DNA of 64,000 nucleotides from contig CAWANI010000015.1 of assembly GCA_963783365.1 (NCBI GenBank), positions 10,951-74,950 on the forward strand, read 5' to 3'. The notes under the pieces were generated by a model. That model ran no database searches, was not told the origin of the DNA, and worked only from the letters and a program-made list of their open reading frames with translations. Position 1 is the first letter of the stretch, and every line of letters begins with the position of its first letter. Position numbers and translations under genes: made by a program. This document shows, piece by piece, positions 46,132 through 56,525 of this stretch. Origin of the DNA: an uncultured delta proteobacterium (lineage in GTDB: Bacteria > Desulfobacterota > Desulfuromonadia > Desulfuromonadales > CAWANI01).

Positions 46132-46521
46132 TTGCTCGATTACCTCAAACGGTACGCCTCGCAACTCGAGGAAGAGAGTTTCGCCCTCTACCTTGCCGCA
46201 CATCACCCGCGGACCCCTTGGTATGCGAAACTGCTCATCGCCGGCATTGTCGCGTATGCGTTCAGCCCGATCGACCTGATTCCGGATTTCGTGCCGATTC
46301 TGGGCTACTTGGATGACCTCGTTCTTCTCCCGCTCGGCATCGCCCTGGCGCTCAAGCTGGTGCCGGGTCCGGTTCTGGCCGAATGTCGTACCCGCGCAAA
46401 AGAGGTCTTCAGGAACGGGAAACCGGTGAGCAGAGTCGCCGCAGCGGTGATCGTCGTTATCTGGATAACGGCGGTCGCACTCCTCGGCCTCTGGGCCTAT
46501 GAAACGTTCAAAGCTGCCTAA
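46132..46521 (+). CDS. DUF1232 (YkvA-family) membrane protein
   Basis: 129 aa with the AYAFSPIDLIPDFVPILGYLDD motif. TTG start as called by the track; the start is uncertain. Confidence 0.7.
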   Translation: MLDYLKRYASQLEEESFALYLAAHHPRTPWYAKLLIAGIVAYAFSPIDLIPDFVPILGYLDDLVLLPLGIALALKLVPGPVLAECRTRAKEVFRNGKPVSRVAAAVIVVIWITAVALLGLWAYETFKAA

Positions 46522-46542
46522 GTCTTTCTTGAAGACCTCAGC

Positions 46543-47082
46543 CTAATGCAGGATTTCCCGATCAGGCAGAATCCTCGTTACCCCCACATAGCGGCCGAAG
46601 TTGTGGAATTCATCGATGTTGCTGAATTCGGCCCAGGCGAGAAATTCGTTGGGGGCATTGACGAAATCAAATAGAGTTTCCATTTCCTCGCTCTGCCGGC
46701 ATTCCAGACCGGCCACCTGCGCAAGTTGTCGGGCGGACTTTTCATTGACTTCCTGCCCTGCAGCTTCACGGACCAAACGGCAGATGCCCCTTTCCGTCTC
46801 TGTCAGCCGACGATAGGCATCCACTTCGTCGCTCGCTCCCAGAATCGGTCCGGGATCGAGGCGGCTTTTAATCGTTGTCAGAAGGGCGGTGAGCTGCGGA
46901 GAGTCTTCGTTTTCAGCACCAGGTTCCCTCATCCCCTCGAAGTTCCGCACCGACGCCCCTTCCTCTTCCGACAGGCGTTGAAACAAGGCTTGCAGGTCCG
47001 GGCGATCACTGTGTTGCGCAATCTGACGCAAGAATCTCTGTTCTCTTCGTTCCACTTCAATGGCAAAGTCGATGACGTTCAT
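46543..47082 (-). CDS. hypothetical protein, possibly a ferritin-like/rubrerythrin-like helical bundle
   Basis: Track ORF 46543..47121. ATG 47082 follows AAAGGAG. The N-terminus NVIDFAIEVERREQRFLRQIA resembles ferritin-like domains. The function is not supported beyond that. Confidence 0.5.
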   Translation of the reverse strand: MNVIDFAIEVERREQRFLRQIAQHSDRPDLQALFQRLSEEEGASVRNFEGMREPGAENEDSPQLTALLTTIKSRLDPGPILGASDEVDAYRRLTETERGICRLVREAAGQEVNEKSARQLAQVAGLECRQSEEMETLFDFVNAPNEFLAWAEFSNIDEFHNFGRYVGVTRILPDREILH

Positions 47083-47271
47083 CCCAACTCCTTTCCCCCG
47101 CTTGCGGGGATATATAACCAAAAATGTCCTCTATTGACAGCATATACTCCCTCCCGATTGTGTCAATAGAGAAGGTGAAACCGCGCCTGTTTCAGGGTAG
47201 ACTTTTCTCGTTCGGGAATCATCCCGCCCCGAGAAGATTTGCACCTCGCGACCTTGGAAAGATGAATTGGG

Positions 47272-49920
47272 ATGTCGGACTTTTACCGGAAAACCGTGGC
47301 CGAGATCATGGCCTCCCTGGATAGCTCGCCTGCAGGGTTGGAGCCGGAAGAGGCCGAGCGGCGGCTGGCCCTTCACGGATACAATGAACTGGCGACCAGA
47401 AGCGGCGTCCATCCCCTGCTCATTTTTCTCAATCAATTCAAAAGTTTCATCATCTACATCCTCCTCTTTGCCGTGGTCTTCTCTCTGTTGATCGGCGAAT
47501 ATGTCGACACGCTGATCATCCTGGCCATCCTGGTTGCCAATGCCCTGATCGGGTTTTTCCAGGAACTGAGCGCCGGCAGGTCCCTGGAGGCTCTGAAAAA
47601 GATGAGTACCGTCCGGGCCACCGTTCACCGTGGCGGGGAAAAAAGGATGCTGGATGCTCGATTCCTCGTTCCCGGCGATATCATCGAATTGGAGGCGGGG
47701 GACCGGGTACCGGCTGATGGACGCCTGGTCGAAGCGGCGCGGTTGAAATTGGAAGAAGCGGCCCTCACCGGCGAGAGTCTGCCGGTAGAGAAGAGCCTCG
47801 GGGAGATCGATCGCGACGTGTCGATCGGGGATCGGAAAAATATGGTCTTCTTTGCGACCTCCGTGGCCGCAGGCCATGCCAAAGCTTTGGTTGTCGCCAC
47901 CGGCATGCAGACGGAGCTGGGGAAAATTACCGCGATGGTTCAGGAGGCGGGCCAGGAAATGACCCCGTTGCAAAAACGCCTCGATCGGTTCGGAAAGAAG
48001 CTCGGCGTCGCGATTGTGGGGATCTGCATGGTCGTGTTTTTCCTCTCCGTCGGCAAGGAATATCTGGCTGGCGTTCTGAACGTACATGCGATCATCGAGT
48101 TTGCTTTTGTAGCCATCAGCCTGGCGGTGGCTGCCGTACCGACCGCATTGCCGGCGGTGGTCACCATCGCGCTCAGTGTCGGCGCCAAACGATTGTTACG
48201 AAAAAAGGCTCTGGTACGCAATCTTTCATCCGTTGAGACGCTGGGCAGCTGTGATGCGATTTGCAGCGACAAAACCGGGACGTTGACGGAGAACCGGATG
48301 ACAGTCCGCTACGCCTGGTCGCTTGACGGTGAAACAACTCTTTCCGGTACGGGGTACGGGCCGGACGGGGAGGTATCGGGACCGGTCTCGTCGCACCTTT
48401 TTCGTTGCGGCGTTCTCTGCAATAATGCGTCACTGCGCAAAGAAGAAGGGGGGCAGTGGCGGATCTCCGGAGATCCGACCGAAGCCGCCCTGCTCGCCAG
48501 CGCCGCCAAGGTCGGGGTGAAGGATTCGGGAACCCGCCGGATCAATGAGATTCCCTTTGACTCGGAGCGCAAGCTGATGAGCGTGCTGGTCCGGGATGGG
48601 GCAGGGGAGACGGTTTATACAAAAGGCGCCCTGCAGAGCGTTCTGAAGCGCTGCAGTCGGGCTCTGGCCGATGGCCGCGAGGAGAGCTTGACCGATGCCC
48701 TCAGGCAGCGGATCGAAGGACAAAATGCACAGTATGCGCGAAGGGCGTTGCGGGTGTTGGCCTTTGCAATGAAAAGGGACTCTGCAGCGGGGGATTTTCA
48801 AGAGGGGGAGCTGACCTTTATCGGCCTTCAGGCGATGATTGATCCGCCCCGGCCTGAGGTGACCGACTCGATCGCAAAAGCCCGGCGCGCAGGCATCCGG
48901 ATTCTCATGATTACCGGCGACTATGAGGAAACCGCCCGTGCGGTCGGCAGAGAGATCGGCATCGAAGGGGAGCTTGTCACGGGCGAACAGTTGGCGCGGA
49001 TGGACGCTGACGCTCTGCAAAGCGCCCTCCGGCGTCAGACCAATATTTTTGCCCGGGTGGATCCCGAGCATAAGCTTCGAATCGTTGAGGCCCTGCAGCG
49101 GATGGGGCATACCGTCGCCATGACCGGCGACGGGGTCAACGATGCTCCGGCGCTGAAAAAGGCGAATATCGGGGTAGCCGTGGGCAGCGGCACCGACGCG
49201 GCCAAGGAGTCGGCGGATTTCGTCCTGCTCGACGACAGCTTCACCCATATCGTCAATGCCGTGGAGGAAGGGCGGGGCATTTACGACAATATTCAGAAGT
49301 CGATCATGTTGCTCCTCTCCGGCAATCTCGGCGAGGTCCTCATCATCTTTCTCGCCGTCCTCTTCGGTATGAACCTGCCGCTAACCGCCATCCTGCTGCT
49401 CTGGATCAACCTGGTGACCGACGGCGCCCCGGCCCTGGCCTACAGCGTCGATCCCTATGGACGGGACATCATGCGCCGCAGGCCGAAACCGCGGGAGGAA
49501 GGGATTCTGCCCGCAGACAAGCTGGCCCTCCTCGGAGTTCTGGGCTGTTTGGGCACCGCACTGGCGTTGACCCTTTTTTATCTCTACGGAGGAGCTTCCG
49601 ATTCCTCGGCGGCCCTGAGGCACGCCCGCTCCATGGTGTTCAATTTCGTGGTGCTCTACGAGCTGGTCCTGACGTTCGTGATCCGTCGCGACTACCTGGT
49701 TCCGTTGTTCGCCAACCGCTGGGTCTGGGGCGCGGCCGGCTTGGCCGTCGCCCTGCAGGCGCTGCTCCTTTATACGCCCCTGGCGCAGCTCTTTGACATC
49801 ACCCCTTTAAGTCTAGTCGATATCGGGTTTCTGGGCGCGGGCGGCCTTCTCTTCTGGGGTGTGGCCGTCTCCTATCAGCGGATGGCCAAAACGCAGAGCA
49901 AGGTAAGGCAACAGGGATGA
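47272..49920 (+). CDS. cation-transporting P-type ATPase (type II, Ca2+/Mg2+-like)
   Basis: 882 aa with the phosphorylation site CSDKTGTLTENRM, TGES, MITGD and VAMTGDGVNDAPALKKA. Confidence 0.9.
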   Translation: MSDFYRKTVAEIMASLDSSPAGLEPEEAERRLALHGYNELATRSGVHPLLIFLNQFKSFIIYILLFAVVFSLLIGEYVDTLIILAILVANALIGFFQELSAGRSLEALKKMSTVRATVHRGGEKRMLDARFLVPGDIIELEAGDRVPADGRLVEAARLKLEEAALTGESLPVEKSLGEIDRDVSIGDRKNMVFFATSVAAGHAKALVVATGMQTELGKITAMVQEAGQEMTPLQKRLDRFGKKLGVAIVGICMVVFFLSVGKEYLAGVLNVHAIIEFAFVAISLAVAAVPTALPAVVTIALSVGAKRLLRKKALVRNLSSVETLGSCDAICSDKTGTLTENRMTVRYAWSLDGETTLSGTGYGPDGEVSGPVSSHLFRCGVLCNNASLRKEEGGQWRISGDPTEAALLASAAKVGVKDSGTRRINEIPFDSERKLMSVLVRDGAGETVYTKGALQSVLKRCSRALADGREESLTDALRQRIEGQNAQYARRALRVLAFAMKRDSAAGDFQEGELTFIGLQAMIDPPRPEVTDSIAKARRAGIRILMITGDYEETARAVGREIGIEGELVTGEQLARMDADALQSALRRQTNIFARVDPEHKLRIVEALQRMGHTVAMTGDGVNDAPALKKANIGVAVGSGTDAAKESADFVLLDDSFTHIVNAVEEGRGIYDNIQKSIMLLLSGNLGEVLIIFLAVLFGMNLPLTAILLLWINLVTDGAPALAYSVDPYGRDIMRRRPKPREEGILPADKLALLGVLGCLGTALALTLFYLYGGASDSSAALRHARSMVFNFVVLYELVLTFVIRRDYLVPLFANRWVWGAAGLAVALQALLLYTPLAQLFDITPLSLVDIGFLGAGGLLFWGVAVSYQRMAKTQSKVRQQG

Positions 49921-49940
49921 GGGTGGGTCGGGAGCATTCG

Positions 49941-50381
49941 TTATTCGGAGAGCATCCGGTAGGGGCCGGTCGTATAGGAGCGAAAGAGAACCTCCCCGGA
50001 GAAGGCGAGCAGGGAGGTGAGACGGTCGCGGTTCACGGGATGGGTGACGAGGCGCAGGGCTTCCCGGCGAGAATACCAGCCGACCTCCAGGCTTTCCTCG
50101 CTGGTTCGCGGGATCCCGCCCCGGCAGGTGGCCAGGAACTGGAAGACGACGGCGGGGGGAGGGGAAACTTTGGAAAAGACGGCGGCAAGCGGCCCGAGCT
50201 TCACCTGAAGGCCTGTCTCCTCGAGGATCTCCCGGTGGATCGCCGCTGTCAGGCTTTCGCCCTCCTCCACCCGGCCCTGGGGGATCTCCCAGCCCCGTTT
50301 GGGGTGGCGAATCAGCAGAATGGCGTCCTCGCGGTTTCGCACCAGAGCGCCGACCACGACGGTGTGCCTGGGGGTGTCCAT
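49941..50381 (-). CDS. Nudix hydrolase
   Basis: C-terminal 146 aa of track ORF 49941..50609, from ATG 50381. Nudix box GRVEEGESLTAAIHREILEETGL. Confidence 0.8.
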   Translation of the reverse strand: MDTPRHTVVVGALVRNREDAILLIRHPKRGWEIPQGRVEEGESLTAAIHREILEETGLQVKLGPLAAVFSKVSPPPAVVFQFLATCRGGIPRTSEESLEVGWYSRREALRLVTHPVNRDRLTSLLAFSGEVLFRSYTTGPYRMLSE

Positions 50382-50388
50382 GGACGGT

Positions 50389-52263
50389 TTACGTCCCCCG
50401 AGCGAGAAACATCTGCAGTTCCTCTGCCGGAAGCGGTTTGCTGAAAAAGTATCCCTGGGCGTTGGGGCATCCTCTCTCCCGGAAAAATTCCGCCTGGTCC
50501 CGGTTTTCCACCCCCTCGGCGATGACCGCGAGACGCATGCTGCGGGCCAGGGATATAATGGCCGAGGCAATGACCGCGTCCTGCTGATTCTCGGTGACGT
50601 CGCGCACAAAGGAGCGGTCGATCTTCAGGGCGGTGATGGGGAATTTTTTCAGGTAACTCAGCGAGGAATACCCCGTGCCGAAATCATCGATGGTGATCTT
50701 GACGCCGAGGCCGGTCAGCTCTTCCATAATGGGAACGGCTTTATCCACGTGGGCCATAATGACGCTTTCGGTGATTTCCAACTCGAGGTAGCGGGCCTCG
50801 AGACCGCTTTCCGCCAGAGCGCGGGTCACCGTGGCCACCAGGCCGGGATGGCGAAACTGCTGGGCGGAAATGTTGACCGCCACGGGAACCTGCGGGTAAC
50901 CGCTCTGCTGGAGTTTCTTATTCTGGTGGCAGGCCGTTGTCAGTACCCACTCGCCGATAGAAACGATAAGACCGGTTTCCTCGGCCAGGGGAATGAAATC
51001 GGCCGGAGAGATCTGATCCTGTTCGGGGTGCTGCCAGCGCAGGAGAGCCTCCATTCCGATCACCCGGCCCGAGCTCATATCGATCTGGGGTTGATAATGC
51101 AAGGTCAGCTGTTCCTTCTCCTGAGCCTCGCGCAGATAGCTCTCCAGGATCAGCAGTTTCCGGGCCCGAAAGTTCATTTCCGGAGAATAACAGCGGAAGT
51201 GGTTTGGACCGGCCAGCTTGGCGTGCGACAGAGCGGCATCGGCACAGTCGATGAGTTTCTGGGTTTCCCCGGCGTCGGCGGGAAAGACGGCAATACCGAT
51301 GCTCGTCGTGAGAAACAGGGGAGGATCGATCACCTGGAACGGTTCGCACAGGGCCGTTTGAATCTTCTCGACCATGGAGAGGATATCCTTGACCGAATCG
51401 ATCTGATCCAGAACGATGGTGAACTCATCCCCCCAGAATCGGGCCACTTGTCCGGCTCCCTCGACGCACCCCGCCAGCCGTCGGGCCGCCTCGCAGATGA
51501 CCTGGTCGCCGGTTTCATGGCCGAAGGAATCGTTGATGTTTTTGAAGCGATCGAGGTCCAGCAGAAGAAGGGCCAACTGGCGGGAGGCCTTGTGCGCCTG
51601 GCAGACGGCGAGACCGAGATGGTCGCGGAACTGAACGCGGTTGGGCAGGCCGGTCAGGGCATCGTTATTGCCGATGTACTTCAGATAGTCGGTGTTCATA
51701 TGCAGCACCGTTTCAGCGAGCCGGCGCTCGACCTCCGTGGCGATTTTCGTCGCCAGGATGGCCATCACCTGCCGAGCGAATTCCGGAAGGGCGACCTCGC
51801 TGCGGAATGCGGCACTCAAAACACCGATCGGTTGACCCTCCCAACCGTAAATGGCCACCCCCAGATAGCCGCTGGCTTTGAGATCCTGCAAATGCCGATC
51901 CTCGGGAAAGAGACGGCTGACGTCCCGGGGGATAAAGCGGAATCCCTCCCGCATGACGTCTTCATCCACGCTCCCCGCCAGCGAAGAGGTGAATTCATCC
52001 AGCTCCTTGCCGTCGATCCGCATGGCGAGCGCTTTCAGAAAGGTTCCGGCGACCGTTTCGCCAACCAGTATGCAATCCGCCTCCAGCCATTGAGCGAGGG
52101 TTTCCGCAACCCGATCGAAACATTGCTGACCGGTCGTGTTCAGGACGCTGGTGGCAAGAACCTGCATAGCGGTGCGTGCCTCATCCTGAGTGCATCCCGG
52201 AGCTCTGTCGGAGCACCCTGTGCGGTGCCGTGGGTGTTTGAGACCTGAGTTGAGATCATCCAT
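50389..52263 (-). CDS. GAF-GGDEF-EAL signalling protein (c-di-GMP turnover)
   Basis: 624 aa with an N-terminal GAF-like region, a GGDEF domain with the variant motif RFWGDEF, and an EAL domain (GMEALLRW, DDFGTGYSSL). ATG follows AAAGGGGGGA. Confidence 0.85.
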   Translation of the reverse strand: MDDLNSGLKHPRHRTGCSDRAPGCTQDEARTAMQVLATSVLNTTGQQCFDRVAETLAQWLEADCILVGETVAGTFLKALAMRIDGKELDEFTSSLAGSVDEDVMREGFRFIPRDVSRLFPEDRHLQDLKASGYLGVAIYGWEGQPIGVLSAAFRSEVALPEFARQVMAILATKIATEVERRLAETVLHMNTDYLKYIGNNDALTGLPNRVQFRDHLGLAVCQAHKASRQLALLLLDLDRFKNINDSFGHETGDQVICEAARRLAGCVEGAGQVARFWGDEFTIVLDQIDSVKDILSMVEKIQTALCEPFQVIDPPLFLTTSIGIAVFPADAGETQKLIDCADAALSHAKLAGPNHFRCYSPEMNFRARKLLILESYLREAQEKEQLTLHYQPQIDMSSGRVIGMEALLRWQHPEQDQISPADFIPLAEETGLIVSIGEWVLTTACHQNKKLQQSGYPQVPVAVNISAQQFRHPGLVATVTRALAESGLEARYLELEITESVIMAHVDKAVPIMEELTGLGVKITIDDFGTGYSSLSYLKKFPITALKIDRSFVRDVTENQQDAVIASAIISLARSMRLAVIAEGVENRDQAEFFRERGCPNAQGYFFSKPLPAEELQMFLARGT

Positions 52264-52726
52264 GCCGGATCCCCCCTTTGGATTGGAGCCTGTAGATCAA
52301 GACAGTCGAAACATTCCCATGCACGGGGCGGCCGAGATTGCGGGCGACCGGGGCTTTGCCGGGATGTCGCTGCTGAAACGACCGCAGTCCGGGATACATG
52401 CAATTTATCGATAGGGTGGTGTGTCTGACGAAAAGATTTTTCGCGCTCCTCGGCCAGTCTGAAAACAGACCTGCGGCTTCTCCGATTTCGGCGGAACGAA
52501 AAAATGTAGGATTTATTCAGTTGCGGGCAGATTGGTATTTTGGGAAACCGACCAGAGCTTACCATAAAGTGAGCACTGGGTCTATTGATTCCGCCCAAGA
52601 GGTTCCTGCAAACAGGAAGCGCCTGGGACAGCATGCCGCGAGTTCCGCTGGCCAGGGAGGGGTTGCGACAGGACTGAAATATCCAAATGTCTATTACTGC
52701 TCAGTAAAAAGGCCCCAGGCGCATCG

Positions 52727-53435
52727 TCAAATCCCGAGGTAGGCCTTTTTGACCTCTTCGTTGTCGAGCAGGCTGGCCGCGGTGTCGCAGAGGGTGATGC
52801 GGCCGTTTTCCATGACGTAGCCGCGGTGGGCGACCTTGAGGGCCTGGTTGGCGTTCTGCTCGACGAGGAAGATGGTGGTGTCGTGTTCGTCGTTGATCTT
52901 CGCGATGATCTCGAAGATCTGCTGGATGATCAGAGGCGCCAGGCCCAGGGAGGGTTCGTCGAGCAGCAGCAGCTTCGGCCTGGCCATCAGGGCCCGGGAG
53001 ATGGCGAGCATCTGCTGCTCGCCGCCGGAGAGGGTGCCGCCGGCCTGGCCCCGGCGCTGGGCGAGGATCGGGAAGAGCTCGAAGACGTAGTCCAGGTCCC
53101 GTTTGATCCCGGCCTTGTCGCGGCGCAGGAAGGCCCCCATCTGCAGGTTTTCCAGGACGCTCATGTCGGGGAAGATGTGCCGGCCCTCCGGGACCTGGCT
53201 GATGCCGAGAGAGACGATCTTCTCGGCGGAGAGCCGGTGGATCGGCTTTCCTTTGAAAGAGGATCTCGCCGTGTTTGGGCGGCACAATGCCGCAGATCGA
53301 CATCAGGGTGGTGGACTTGCCGGCGCCGTTGGCGCCGATCAGGGTGATGATCTCCCCTTCGGCCACCTCGATGGAAATGCCCTTCAGCGCCTGGATGTTG
53401 CCGTAGTAGGTGCTGACATTGTTCAGCTTAAGCAT
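52727..53435 (-). pseudogene. livF: branched-chain amino acid ABC transporter ATP-binding protein LivF, one frame break near 53257 as sequenced
   Basis: The N-terminus (MLKLNNVSTYYGN...GANGAGKSTT) is in ORF 52701..53435. The rest (KGKPIHRL...LSGGEQQML...LLLLDEPSLGLAP) is in ORF 52727..53287. The join is EILF|KGKP at CTCTTTCAAAGG. Confidence 0.8.
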
Positions 53436-54217
53436 CGGCCTCCTCCCCGAGATAGGCCTTGATGACTTTGGGGTCCTGGCGAATCTCCTGCGGTGCGCCT
53501 TCGGCGATCTTCTTGCCGTACTCCATGACGCAGATCCGGTCGGAGATGTTCATCACCAGCTTCATGTCGTGTTCGATGAGCAGGATGGCGATCCCCTCCT
53601 CCCCGCAGATGCGGCTGATCAGTTCGTCGAGCTCGTGGGTTTCGTGAGGATTCATGCCGGCCGCCGGCTCGTCGAGCAGCAGCAGAAAGGGATCGGTGGC
53701 CATGGCCCGGGCGATCTCCAGGCGGCGCTGGGCGCCGTAGGGGAGGTTTTTGGCGAACTCGTTGGCAAAACGGGCCAGCCCCAGCTTTTTCAGCAACCGG
53801 TGGCTATGCTCTACGGTCTCCTGCTCTTCAGCGCGGCGTTTTGGGGCCGCGCAGCATCGCTCCGAGAATCCCGGTGCGGGTGCGGCAATGGCGGCCGATC
53901 ATGACGTTCTCCAGAACCGTCATGTTGTGGAAGAGGCGGATGTTCTGAAACGTGCGGGCCATGCCGAGGGCCGTCACCTTGTGGGGCTTGGTGCCGTTGA
54001 GGCGGTGACTCTTGCCGTTGGGCGGGTGGGCGATGATATCGCCACCGGTCGGGGTGTAGATGCCGGTCACGCAGTTGAAGAAGGTGGTCTTGCCGGCGCC
54101 GTTGGGGCCGATCAGGGCGACGATCTCCCCCTCGTTCACCTGCAGGGAGACCCGGTCGACGGCGCGCAGGCCGCCGAAATCCATGGTCAGTTCCTTGACG
54201 TCGAGTAGCGTTTTCAT
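53428..54217 (-). pseudogene. livG: branched-chain amino acid ABC transporter ATP-binding protein LivG, one frame break near 53839-53846 as sequenced
   Basis: The N-terminus (MKTLLDVKELTMDFGGL...GPNGAGKTT) is in ORF 53828..54217. The C-terminus (LPYGAQRRLEIARAM...LLLLDEPAAGMNP) is in ORF 53428..53796. The break lies in a CCCCAAAA run on the gene strand. Confidence 0.8.
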
Positions 54218-54255
54218 GGGTGATTCCTGTCAGCTTCTTTGCCTCTTCCGGCGCA

Positions 54256-55456
54256 TCATGGAGTTCGTACTTGCGGCGCACGTTGCTGATCAGGCCCTCC
54301 GGGCCGAAAGACCATCATCAGCACCAGGGAGGCGCCGAAGACCAGCATCCGGTATTCGGAAAAGGCCCGCAGGTATTCGGGAAGGAGGATAAGGACAAAG
54401 GCGGCGATGATGACGCCGAGGATCGAGCCCATGCCGCCGAGAACGACGATGGAGAGGACAATGGCCGATTCCATGAAGGTGAAGCTGTCCGGATTGATAA
54501 AGGTGGTCTTGGCGGCGAAGATCACCCCGACCAGCCCGGCCAGGGCGCCGCCGAGGGCGTAGGCGGTGAGCTTGGTCGTCGCCATGTCGATGCCCATGGC
54601 GACGCTGGCGATCTCGTCTTCGCGCAGCGCCACCCAGGCCCGACCGATGCGGGAGTTTTTCAGGCGCGTGGTGATGAAGACGGTGATCATCATCAGGATG
54701 ACCATCAGGTAGTAGATGTAATCGGTGGTCTGGTAGATATCGAGATGGATGCCGAAGAGGCCCGGGCCGGGAGATGTTGGCCACCCCGCTCGGCCCCATG
54801 GTCACCGAATCCCAGTTCTGTAGGATGATCCGCACGATGGAGGCGAAACCGAGGGTGACGATGGCCAGGTAATCGCCGCGCAGGCGCAGCACGGGAAAGC
54901 CGAGCAGGATGCCGCAAAAGGCGCCCGAAGGCTGCGCCGATGGGCAGCGCGGGCCAGAAACCGATGCCGAAATAGGCGTTGAGCAGGGCATAGGTATAGG
55001 CGCCGACGGCGAAAAAGGCGACATAGCCCAGATCGAGCAGACCGACCAGGCCGACGGTGATGTTGAGGCCCAGGCCGAGCACCACGTAGATCAGGGCCTG
55101 AGGTCATGATGTTGGTCTGATAGGTGGAGAAGACCAGCGGGAAGATGGAGGCGAGGACCACCAGCGCCGCGACCACCGGCCGGTAGATCCGCTTGTCCTC
55201 GATAAAACGCTGCAGCAGCGATGTCGGACGGCCTCCGCCTCGTCTGCTCCTGCTCTCTGCGGCCCCCCCTCCTGCTGCGGGCAGCAGGTAGTGCCAGAGC
55301 AGGGAGAGGACGAAGGATGCCGAGCCCCACCCAGGCCAGGTTCGCCCAGCGCCATTCCACCACCTTTTCGATGGTGTTGACGCGGATGACCATGATCGGG
55401 AAGGTCAGAAGCATGAACCACAGGGAGACGATAAAGGATTTTTTGATGGTTTTCAT
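54256..55456 (-). pseudogene. livM: branched-chain amino acid ABC transporter permease LivM, at least 4-5 frame breaks as sequenced
   Basis: The LivM-like peptide runs through ORFs 55091..55456, 54802..55176, 54705..55085, 54290..55024 and 54256..54705. Joins lie near 55316, 55098, 54914, 54761 and possibly 54296 (FRPEGL). Confidence 0.75.
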
Positions 55457-55471
55457 AATGCTCGAACCGCC

Positions 55472-56377
55472 TTAAACTTTCTGCTTGCGTGCCTTGCCGA
55501 GGATCCCCGACGGCCGCAGAATCAGAATCAGCACCAGGATGAGAAAGGCGAAGACGTCCTGGTAGGCGCTGGAGATATAGCCGGTGGCGAAGCTCTCCGC
55601 CCAGCCGAGGACCAGTCCGCCGAGCACCGCGCCGGGAATGCTGCCGATGCCGCCGAGCACCGCGGCGGTGAAGGCCTTGATGCCGGCCATGAAGCCCATG
55701 TAGAAGTTGATCTGGCCGACCTTGGAGGCGATCAGCACCCCGCCGATGGCGGCCAGCGCCGAGCCGATGACGAAGGTCGCGGAGATGACCCGGTCGACAT
55801 TGACCCCCACCAGCCGCGCCATGGTCTGGTCCTGCTCGGTGGCCCGCATCGCCTTGCCGGTGCGGGTGAATTTGATCAGCAGGGTGAGCATGACCATGAC
55901 CACCACGGTGGTCACCAGAATCACCTGATCGGAGGCCTCGAGGTACTGGCCGAGGGGCCCCATGAAGTTCCAGTCGAAGGGGATCAGGCTCGGGAAGGGG
56001 AGAAAGTCGGAGGTCTGGGCGAGCTGCACGTAGTTCTGCAGAAAGATCGACATGCCGATGGCGCTGATCAGCGGGGACAGCCGCGGCGAGTTGCGCAGCG
56101 GCTTGTAGGCGATCTTCTCCACCGTGTAGCCGTAGGCCGACGAATAGAACACCGCGACCAGGGCCGCCAGGATCAGGATGGAGAAGCCGTGAAAGCCGTA
56201 GATGGTCAGCACGCCGGCGACGATCAGGGCGGAGAAGGCGCCGATCATGTAGATCTCGCCGTGGGCGAAGTTGATCAGCAGGATGATGCCGTAGACCATG
56301 GTGTAGCCCAGGGCGATCAGGGCGTAGATGGCCCCCCGCGTCAGGCCGCTGAAAAAGAGCTGCCAGAAGTAATCCAT
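55472..56377 (-). CDS. livH: branched-chain amino acid ABC transporter permease LivH (intact)
   Basis: 301-aa uninterrupted ORF with typical LivH sequence (MDYFWQLFFSGLTRGAIYALIALGYTMVYG). Confidence 0.9.
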   Translation of the reverse strand: MDYFWQLFFSGLTRGAIYALIALGYTMVYGIILLINFAHGEIYMIGAFSALIVAGVLTIYGFHGFSILILAALVAVFYSSAYGYTVEKIAYKPLRNSPRLSPLISAIGMSIFLQNYVQLAQTSDFLPFPSLIPFDWNFMGPLGQYLEASDQVILVTTVVVMVMLTLLIKFTRTGKAMRATEQDQTMARLVGVNVDRVISATFVIGSALAAIGGVLIASKVGQINFYMGFMAGIKAFTAAVLGGIGSIPGAVLGGLVLGWAESFATGYISSAYQDVFAFLILVLILILRPSGILGKARKQKV

Positions 56378-56451
56378 AATGCGCTACCGACATCTGCAGT
56401 GAGAGTATCCCCGGTCGACACCGGCCGGGCCGCCGGGCGTGCAATGTTGCC

Positions 56452-56496
56452 GGCCAAAAGAAAATCTCAGGGGACGAAGGCGTCCGTCCCCTGAGA
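56452..56496 (-). terminator. strong hairpin plus U-tract between livK and livH (intra-operon attenuating terminator)
   Basis: 12-bp stem TCTCAGGGGACG/CGTCCCCTGAGA (plus-strand 56465-56476 and 56485-56496). On the gene strand it is followed by ATTTTCTTTT. Confidence 0.6.
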
Positions 56497-56525
56497 TGAA
56501 GGATGGTGACAGAATCGGCGCCGGA

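Noticed and set aside
52264-52726. Possible c-di-GMP (GEMM-I-like) riboswitch or other structured RNA in the 460-nt region upstream of the GGDEF-EAL gene (segments such as CGGCAAAGCCCCGG and GGGACAGCATGCC).
   Set aside because: Only short fragments resemble the GEMM-I core. I could not build the two-hairpin architecture with the tetraloop/receptor and conserved GCAAAGCC context on either strand. A proper Infernal scan would be needed. No claim is made.
52704-52750. Hairpin AAAAAGGCC...GGCCTTTTT at the livF 3' end as a bidirectional terminator.
   Set aside because: The loop is about 27 nt and the right arm lies inside the livF coding sequence, so the structure is not convincing.
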